Shown here in pieces: positions 58,201 through 64,000 of a DNA stretch of 64,000 nt. This DNA comes from Nitrospinales bacterium. Lineage in GTDB: Bacteria; Nitrospinota; Nitrospinia; Nitrospinales; VA-1. Under the pieces are notes generated by a model. That model was not told the origin of the DNA. It saw only the letters and a list, made by a program, of their open reading frames with translations, and did no database searches. The stretch is taken from NCBI GenBank assembly GCA_965223345.1, contig CBDCWG010000012.1:192001-256000 (forward strand), in the 5' to 3' direction. The number at the start of each line of letters is the position of its first letter. The stretch's first letter is position 1. Made by a program: the position numbers and the translations under genes.

Positions 58201-61200
58201 TCATCGAGCTCGCCATCGGGGAAAAACACGTCCCCAACATTTTTTTGAACGCGGTGATGGTGAACGACCGGCAGATCTATCAGGACACGAAGCAGGTGGT
58301 GGTGCCGCCGGTGAAAAACTTCCTCAACGTGTCGGTGGCCGCGGACCGGGAAGGGTACGAGCCGCGGGAGGAAGGCACATACACGGTCACCACCACCGAT
58401 CACGCGGGAAAACCGGTGTCGGCGGAGGTGGCGCTGGGCGTGGCGGACGCCTCGGTCTACACCATTCAGGAAGAGATGGCCCCGGATCCGCGGCAGTTTT
58501 TCTTCGGCCGGAAGCGCATTCAGCGTCCGCAGACCGTGAGCACGTTCAACTTCCGCCGCTACATGAAACTGGTGGAAGACGGTGAAGGACGATTGATCGA
58601 CGCGCGGTTGCAGACAGGAGACAAAGAAGAAGCACGCAGCAATATCGTCGGTCAAAGAAGCGGGTCCGCCGGCAGCTACCGGCAAGACGGAAAGTCGATA
58701 CAGGGACTGTCTGCACGCGCACCGGCCCCGGCGGCAAAGAGCCGCAGCGAGGCGTTCGCCGACGACAGCATGGTGGCGGAGGAAGCGGCGGCGTTTGAAA
58801 TGGAAGCCGACGCCGGCGGAGGAGGCGAGGCCGCGGTGACGGTGCGATCGGATTTTCGCTCGACCGCGTTCTGGCAGCCGGATCTCAGGACGGATGCGCA
58901 CGGCAAGGCCAGGGTGAAGGTGAAATTCCCCGACTCGCTGACGCAGTGGAAAGCCACGGCGCGCGCGGTGACGCAGGGCAACCGGTTCGGCATCGCCACC
59001 GGCGAAACCCGCACCCGCAAACCCCTCACGGTGCGCCTGCAGGCGCCGCGGTTTTTTGTGGTGGGCGACAGCCTGACGCTTTCGGCGCTCATCAACAACA
59101 ACACGGAACAGGCGATGACCGTCCGCCCCGCCCTCGATGTGGAGGGGATCAGCGTCTCGGCCCGCATGCAGAACGGCAAGAAGGTGGGCAGGGGCGATCC
59201 GCTTAAAATCGCCGCCAACGGGGAAACGCGGGTGGACTGGTTCGTGTCGGCGCAGCGGCCCGGTGAAGCGCGCATCCGCGTGACCGCCGCGGGCAAGACG
59301 CACGCGGATGCGATGGAAAAATCCTATCCCGTGCACGAGCACGGCGTGGAGAAGCTGATCGCCAGATCGGGCAAGATGTCCGGTTCCGATCTCACGGTGG
59401 GGTTTGACATTCCTAAAGAACGCAAAGCCAAATCCACCGAACTCACGCTGCAGGTCGCACCGAGCATCGCAGTGACGATGCTGGATGCGCTGCCCTACCT
59501 CATCGATTACCCCTACGGCTGCACGGAACAGACGATGAGCCGGTTTCTGCCGGCGGTGATCACGGCGAAAACGCTCGCGGATCTGGGATTGCAACGCGAA
59601 GCGGTCGGCGAACGGATTTTCCGCGGCGGCATCGATCCTGAAACCGCGGCGAAGACCCATCCCAAGGGCAGAAAAAACATGAAGGAGCTCGACGCCATGA
59701 TCGAGAAGGGTCTGGACCGGCTGTACGATTTCCAGCACGCCGACGGCGGCTGGGGCTGGTGGAAGAAGGGCGAGAGCGACGGTTTCATGTCCGCCTATGT
59801 GTTGTGGGGGCTGACGCTCGCGCAGGGCGCGGGTGTGGAGGTGGAATCGGGGGTGCGGTCGCGGGCGGCGAAATTCCTGGACACGCAACTGGTGGAGGCG
59901 GAAAACCGGCTCGATCTGCAGGCCTTCATGCTGCACGCGCTTGCGTCCCGGCACGCGGCGGTGAAAGCGAAAAAACGCGGCAAGCTGCAAGCGCAGGCGT
60001 TCGCAAACCTGTGGTCGAAGCGCACGCAGCTCAACGCGTATGCGCGCGCGCTGCTGGCGCTCAGCGCCCACCACTACGGCGAAAAGAAAAAGGCGCTCAT
60101 CCTGATCGAAAACCTGGAAAACGGTGTGGTGCTGGATCAGACGCCGGACAGCTCGGCGATCCAGCGCGGCAAAAAGAAGGTGCAGCCCTGGATCCTGAAA
60201 ACCGCCCATTGGGGCGAAGACGGGATTTTCCGGCGCTGGTCGGAGGGCGGGGTGGAGGCGACGGCGTTCGCGCTTTCGGCGCTGATCACGATCGACCCGG
60301 GAAACCCGCTGGTGGAGCCGGTGATGAACTGGCTGGTGAAAAACCGGCGCGGTTCGCACTGGAGCAACACGCGCGACACGGCGATGGTGGTGCTGGCGCT
60401 CAACGATTACCTGCGCGCCTCGGGCGAGCTGAGCGGCAGGATGGAATACGAGTTGTGGGTGAACGGAACGTCGCTGGGCAAAACGCGCGTCGAAGACGTG
60501 CTGTCGGCGCCGACGGCCTACCGCATCGACCGCAAGCTGGTCGAGGATGGGACCAATCAGGTCCGCCTCGTGCGGCACAAAGGCGAAGGGCCGCTTTACT
60601 TTTCCATTCAAGCGAAGTTCTTCAGCCTCGAGGAACCGGTGCTTGCGGCCGGCAACGAAATTTTCCTCAGGCGTGATTATTACCAGCTGGTGGGCCGGCC
60701 GACGCTGCTGAAAGGCTACGTGTTCGAAAAAATTCCGCTGAAGGCGGGGGACGCGGTGCGGAGCGGCACGCGCATCGAAACGGTGGTGACGATCGAAACA
60801 AAAAACAACTACGAGTACCTCATCGTCGAAGACCTCAAACCGGCGGGCTTCGAGGCGGTGCGGCTGCGCAGCGGGCAGTCGTTGTACGCACGGGAGTTGA
60901 AGTCCTCGGCGGTGGATCGCAAGATGAAACCGGCCCCGGCGTCGTTCGACGCCTCGACGATCGCCCCGGTGCCGGGAGGCGACTCACAGGATCACACCGG
61001 GCGCACGCGCTGGGTGCATCAGGAGCTGCGCGACCGCAAGACGGCGCTGTTCATCGACAAGCTGCCGCAGGGGGTGTGGGAGATCCGCTACGAGCTGCGG
61101 GCGGAGGTGCCGGGGGAATTCCACGCGCTGCCGGTTCTGGGGCATGCGATGTACATCCCCGAAATCCGCGCCAACGGCGAGGAGACCCGCGTTTCGATCC

Positions 61201-61229
61201 TGGAACGCCGGGATGCCCCCGAAAACTGA
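55251..61229 (+). CDS. Bacterial alpha-2-macroglobulin
   Basis: TDRPAYRPGE (MG2), EEYKLPEF, VRSDF..TAFWQP..FPDSLTQW, thioester YPYGCTEQ, DGGWGWW, W.NTRDT; ~1992 aa; GGAGG RBS. Confidence 0.94.
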   Translation: MRSLSFAAGRPAVSLFLYFLFITILLALNAPALSAAPADYQRLKAEAEKFYRQGSFAKAHKLYAQTNALELDLKERRWVDFRIADTLWREQAATKQADASAFDRARRQLDFLIRDITREEEKDRVWAEVHESLGDFWWLRSRSKNWGQGWTHYQKALDWWAGAKDIELARTRYLGMVWNIASPHWREPYYYYGYYGNMLPVAIVENALKISKSEQDRVRAQYLLAMTLKQRGGWEQRERVPEAFEAVIAAGKTFEWYDDALFQYAEWLNNQGNVVVLENGGQRQERDHVKALKLYRRLVREFKKGETRHFDAAQRRIETITKPVLNLSVGHVFVPDSEIEVRLHWRNVERAGLALYAVDLTRDVNFEKDKGAHDWIHQINLRLKKKFTSWSEDTEDDGKHKPGQKTIAFKKKLPPGAYILEATGGGARARDLILVTEAALVLKTTGKQALVYFCDAMSGAPIANARVALWERHYTGRKWVWSDRTAQTDADGLARFELKDSRHSEELFAAALESDRQAFGIGHNRRYHLDRAQWKLYAFTDRPAYRPGETAEWKLTARTYDGSLYSTPSGSTVEYKITDPKGAKVAEGALKLNDFGSAWSELALTETMPLGTYRVSFWIEGRKKHIGDASLFALEEYKLPEFSVRVATPEEDDKKKSFQLGDKVTVDIDAEYYFGGPVANANVEVFLYQRPFYPAWRPERPYPWYYEDRTPRHWGGRGQQMQRQVLKTDPEGRARFSFDTKRSGQDLEYTIEARVTDASRREIVGRGSVRVTKQKYYVYLNPKHRIYRPQDRLDTEIKSLDANDQPVQAAGEIRVTRDFWFEIWIDPQGREVQGAALEAARKASIVFPPPPPVPGGPSWRLKFRGYQHDEILKQRVATNAEGEALFTFTPEREGYYRIAFTSEEKHRVPIKAETTVWVATGDTAHLGMRPGGLQIIVDKDTFQAGQTAPVMLVAPASGRHVLFSVEGDDLLSHRLVHLTGSVKLIELAIGEKHVPNIFLNAVMVNDRQIYQDTKQVVVPPVKNFLNVSVAADREGYEPREEGTYTVTTTDHAGKPVSAEVALGVADASVYTIQEEMAPDPRQFFFGRKRIQRPQTVSTFNFRRYMKLVEDGEGRLIDARLQTGDKEEARSNIVGQRSGSAGSYRQDGKSIQGLSARAPAPAAKSRSEAFADDSMVAEEAAAFEMEADAGGGGEAAVTVRSDFRSTAFWQPDLRTDAHGKARVKVKFPDSLTQWKATARAVTQGNRFGIATGETRTRKPLTVRLQAPRFFVVGDSLTLSALINNNTEQAMTVRPALDVEGISVSARMQNGKKVGRGDPLKIAANGETRVDWFVSAQRPGEARIRVTAAGKTHADAMEKSYPVHEHGVEKLIARSGKMSGSDLTVGFDIPKERKAKSTELTLQVAPSIAVTMLDALPYLIDYPYGCTEQTMSRFLPAVITAKTLADLGLQREAVGERIFRGGIDPETAAKTHPKGRKNMKELDAMIEKGLDRLYDFQHADGGWGWWKKGESDGFMSAYVLWGLTLAQGAGVEVESGVRSRAAKFLDTQLVEAENRLDLQAFMLHALASRHAAVKAKKRGKLQAQAFANLWSKRTQLNAYARALLALSAHHYGEKKKALILIENLENGVVLDQTPDSSAIQRGKKKVQPWILKTAHWGEDGIFRRWSEGGVEATAFALSALITIDPGNPLVEPVMNWLVKNRRGSHWSNTRDTAMVVLALNDYLRASGELSGRMEYELWVNGTSLGKTRVEDVLSAPTAYRIDRKLVEDGTNQVRLVRHKGEGPLYFSIQAKFFSLEEPVLAAGNEIFLRRDYYQLVGRPTLLKGYVFEKIPLKAGDAVRSGTRIETVVTIETKNNYEYLIVEDLKPAGFEAVRLRSGQSLYARELKSSAVDRKMKPAPASFDASTIAPVPGGDSQDHTGRTRWVHQELRDRKTALFIDKLPQGVWEIRYELRAEVPGEFHALPVLGHAMYIPEIRANGEETRVSILERRDAPEN

Positions 61230-61230
61230 C

Positions 61231-61258
61231 AAAAAAAAACGCCCCCTTGCGGGGGCGT
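61231..61258 (-). terminator. Intrinsic terminator
   Basis: acgccccc-GCAA-gggggcgt hairpin on the minus strand followed by a T run. Confidence 0.75.
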
Positions 61259-61347
61259 CTGCTAACGGGAAGGTATTACGGCAATACATATAGGATGTGG
61301 GGTTCGCGCAAAGGATTCCTTTTTTTGCCGAAAATCGCCGATTTTTT

Positions 61348-62109
61348 TTAAAACCCGCCGCCGATTTTCTTGATGAAGGTCTCCAGCTCCTTGTGCACCG
61401 GCCCGTCCCAGTTGTTCTTCTCCCGGGACAGGGTCGCCAGCACCGACCGCCCGGTGCTTATCTCCAGCCCGTCGGCGATGCTCACCAGGATGCGGGTGCC
61501 GTAACGCTCGACCAGCCCGTGCTCCTCGGCGGCGCGGAACACGATGTCCGGCCCGACGATCATCGCCCAGGTCTGGATGGCGGCCACCTGTTTCGCCTCG
61601 CGGAACGGCAGCGACTCCACCGCTTCCATGTAGGTTTCCGCATCGATCTGGCCGGACTCGAATTTTTCGATCAGGGTCGTGAGGTTTTCCTCTTTCGACT
61701 GGATGTTCTGGTAGATGTAGTCGAAAATCTTGCCTTCGAATTTTTTCAACGCTTCCAGGTCCCAGGGACAGTAAAAATCATCGGTCCCGGTTCGCCCCGC
61801 CTTGACGTTTTCCACCTGGATCTTGCCGATGCAGTCCGGGCAGCGTTCCCCGGCATCGTGGCTGAAACTGCCGCCGCAGGTGCACCGGGCCACCACGCTT
61901 TGCAGTGCCAGCGCCAGGGCCTCGCCATCGATCTGCAATACCTGGCGCAGGGTCGCCCGCACCGGGTCCTTACGGGAAATAGGACGCCACTCGACGCAGG
62001 AGGTACAATACAGTTTGTAAGTGGATTTGCCTTCTTCGGGCTCGATGACCGGGGAAAAGATATTTTTACAAAGAACGCATTCGATTTCTTTGGAAAAGGT
62101 GTCTGCCAT
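61348..62109 (-). CDS. Hypothetical protein with four Cys pairs (putative metal binding)
   Basis: CVLC, CTSC, CTC, CPDC in the N-terminal half; acidic helical C-terminus. Confidence 0.75.
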   Translation of the reverse strand: MADTFSKEIECVLCKNIFSPVIEPEEGKSTYKLYCTSCVEWRPISRKDPVRATLRQVLQIDGEALALALQSVVARCTCGGSFSHDAGERCPDCIGKIQVENVKAGRTGTDDFYCPWDLEALKKFEGKIFDYIYQNIQSKEENLTTLIEKFESGQIDAETYMEAVESLPFREAKQVAAIQTWAMIVGPDIVFRAAEEHGLVERYGTRILVSIADGLEISTGRSVLATLSREKNNWDGPVHKELETFIKKIGGGF

Positions 62110-62184
62110 GGTCGGCTCCAATCTATACGTGCTTTTCATCTGTCAGGAGTTGCTGCAAACATTTCCCGAAGGAAAAGGTTCTGC

Positions 62185-62219
62185 AAAAAAAATAACCCAT
62201 GGCCGGAACCATGGGTTAT
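62185..62219 (-). terminator. Intrinsic terminator of the oxidoreductase operon
   Basis: Perfect 11-bp stem ataacccatgg/ccatgggttat followed by a T run on the minus strand. Confidence 0.78.
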
Positions 62220-62248
62220 CTGAAAAATGCGAAGATAAGTCTCGGGAT

Positions 62249-62530
62249 CTAGCCTGAGTATGCCTGGCCGAGGCCGGCGGCTTCCGCTTCTTTCTCGCCA
62301 AGCTGTATCTTTCCGGTCGTCGGATCCACGGGGTGCATGCTGATGGCGTTGTGAGTGCTGCAGACCACTTTGCACAAATCGCAGCCCTTGCACCGCTCCG
62401 TCACGACCAAGGCTTTCATTTTCTTCTCATCCAACATGATCGTGTCCGCTTCGGGGCAGTACATGATGCAAAGCCGGCATCCCTTTTCGGCGATACACTT
62501 GTCGTCATCCACAAACGCTACGTTATACAC
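62249..62530 (-). CDS. 2-oxoacid:ferredoxin oxidoreductase epsilon (ferredoxin-like) subunit (ForE/PorE type)
   Basis: Two 4Fe-4S motifs CIAEKGCRLCIMYCP and CKGCDLCKVVC; GGAG RBS, GTG start. Confidence 0.88.
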   Translation of the reverse strand: MYNVAFVDDDKCIAEKGCRLCIMYCPEADTIMLDEKKMKALVVTERCKGCDLCKVVCSTHNAISMHPVDPTTGKIQLGEKEAEAAGLGQAYSG

Positions 62531-62606
62531 TTAGTTCTCCTTGGGTTGAAAATTTAAAAGAGACTGTCGAACCGGAAACGGCTTCGGCGCACTGAGAAAC
62601 GCTGTT

Positions 62607-63305
62607 CTAAATCGTGGCTCCGATGCCTGCCAGAGCCGGTTGGGCTTTTTCCGCCCAGGCCACGGCCAACTCATGGGACTTGGTGATCGTGTCCATGTTT
62701 TTCTTGAGCAGCATCTCTTTTTTGGCGTATTTCTTTTTGATCGCCTCGTCCAAAGAAGCGGTTCCGCCGGAAGCGACGTATTTCTTGCCGAAGCGGTCCT
62801 GCAGCGCTTCGTCCAATGCCTTCAGGGACACGATGTCGGTGACGCCCGCGCAGGCGCCGATCATGGCCATGTTGGTGGAAAGCTCGGTGCCGCCGATTTC
62901 CAGAGCCAGCTTGGTGGCGTCGTGGTTCATAACCGCGACGTTGAGATCCTCCAGACGCTTGTGATCTTCATCCGTGAGCAGATCGCCGCTGGTGTTGATG
63001 ATGATAAGCCCGTTTTCCTTGATGCCGGAATAGAACGGCGCGGTGTAGCTTTTCTGCATGGTGATGACCTGAGGATGGAATATCATGATCACATCCGGAT
63101 AGACCAGTTCACCCCGGTCGTAAATCTTCTCCACACCGATGCGGGCGTAGCTTTCTGCGGGCGCCATGCGCTTTTCGGCGCCGAAGAACGGATTGGAGAT
63201 GGAATACTTTCCATCCTTGTTTGCCGCCATGGCAAGGATATGAGCCGCGGTGACGGCTCCCTGACCACCGAGGCCCGAAATACGGATATTCATCCTCTTA
63301 AACAT
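62607..63305 (-). CDS. 2-oxoacid:ferredoxin oxidoreductase gamma subunit
   Basis: IRISGLGGQGAVTA, PFFGAEKRMAP, NMAMIGA. Confidence 0.93.
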   Translation of the reverse strand: MFKRMNIRISGLGGQGAVTAAHILAMAANKDGKYSISNPFFGAEKRMAPAESYARIGVEKIYDRGELVYPDVIMIFHPQVITMQKSYTAPFYSGIKENGLIIINTSGDLLTDEDHKRLEDLNVAVMNHDATKLALEIGGTELSTNMAMIGACAGVTDIVSLKALDEALQDRFGKKYVASGGTASLDEAIKKKYAKKEMLLKKNMDTITKSHELAVAWAEKAQPALAGIGATI

Positions 63306-63325
63306 AACGTTTTTTCTCCTCAGTT

Positions 63326-64000
63326 CTATTTCGCGGTGACAGGCTTTTTGGCTTTGGCCTTCGCGGCTTTTTTCTTGGCTTTCTCTTCGGCATCGATGCG
63401 GGCCAACAGTTCCTTGGCCTCGTCGGTGACGTATTCCTTCATGACGAACCTGCCGCCGATGGATTCAGCGTCTTTCATTTCATCCAGGCCTTCCATGCTC
63501 TGCTTGCCGATTTCGAGGATGCAGGGCGTGTAAAGCTGGATGTAGGTCGGTCCCAGCTCCCGGGCCACGTAGATGGCGTTCTTGACGGCTTTTTCCACGC
63601 GGTTCGGTTTGCTCACGGTGAGCAGGGCGACGTAATGACAGCCGGCTTCGCGGGCGATTTCCGGCAGCCGGACTTTTTCAAACTGCTTGCCGACCGGAGC
63701 CATCTTGGAAACGAAGCCTTTCTGCATCAGTCCGCTTTCCTGTCCGCCGGTGTTGGCGTACAGCTCGTTGTCGTAACAGATCGTGGTGAAGCGTTCCTGG
63801 CGGAACCAGGACTGCATGGTCATGTCCAGGCCGATGTCGACGGTGGCGCCGTCTCCCGCCAGCACCACGACGTCTTTCTGCTTGTCGGGGAAGCGGGATT
63901 TCAAAGTACGCCACAACCCGGAAGCGATGGCGTTCTGGTTGCCGAACAGGGAATGGATGTTCTGCACGGCAACGTGCGGGAACACCAGGCTGGTGCAGCC
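63326..64000 (-). CDS. 2-oxoacid:ferredoxin oxidoreductase beta subunit (5' end outside the window)
   Basis: Frame open to the window edge (GCTSLVFPH..); TPP motif GDGATVDIG..DNELYANTGGQ. Confidence 0.93.
   Translation of the reverse strand, partial: GCTSLVFPHVAVQNIHSLFGNQNAIASGLWRTLKSRFPDKQKDVVVLAGDGATVDIGLDMTMQSWFRQERFTTICYDNELYANTGGQESGLMQKGFVSKMAPVGKQFEKVRLPEIAREAGCHYVALLTVSKPNRVEKAVKNAIYVARELGPTYIQLYTPCILEIGKQSMEGLDEMKDAESIGGRFVMKEYVTDEAKELLARIDAEEKAKKKAAKAKAKKPVTAK

Noticed and set aside
55881..60611. 1576-aa antisense ORF (and many similar long shadow ORFs, e.g. 31712-33589, 16268-17770, 8503-9888)
   Set aside because: Each lies opposite a well-supported gene; strong GC3 bias suppresses stops on the antisense frame; no recognisable motifs

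Overview
GC-rich bacterial chromosomal window that is almost entirely coding, with about 55 genes of mostly housekeeping character. These include lepA-lepB, gcvT-gcvH-gcvPA, tatA, an ECF sigma/anti-sigma pair, NAD kinase, purH, purB-purC, pgeF, an rlmI-like methyltransferase, mtgA, dnaN, aroF, a glnD-like gene, orn and alpha-2-macroglobulin. The right edge holds the 3' part of a five-subunit-type 2-oxoacid:ferredoxin oxidoreductase operon (beta-gamma-epsilon). That operon type, plus a hopanoid-type MMPL transporter, suggests a reverse-TCA chemolithoautotroph such as a Nitrospina/Nitrospira-like nitrite oxidiser (inference, not proven). I found no rRNA, tRNA, CRISPR array, transposase or prophage. 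The most unusual elements are: (1) a Rieske-fold protein whose His ligands are absent and which carries extra Cys, in a module bracketed by two non-canonical flavoprotein disulfide reductases; (2) gcvPA with no adjacent gcvPB; (3) an ArnD-like deformylase paired with a stand-alone formyltransferase; (4) an SH3-M48-HAMP-only module; (5) a 79-aa Lys-rich histone-like protein with its own promoter and terminator; (6) a stand-alone ArgZ-like guanidino hydrolase behind a hairpin-rich leader; (7) a ~400-bp intergenic nest of 9-bp-periodic inverted repeats and palindromes. All product calls come from motif recognition by eye; no database searches were run.
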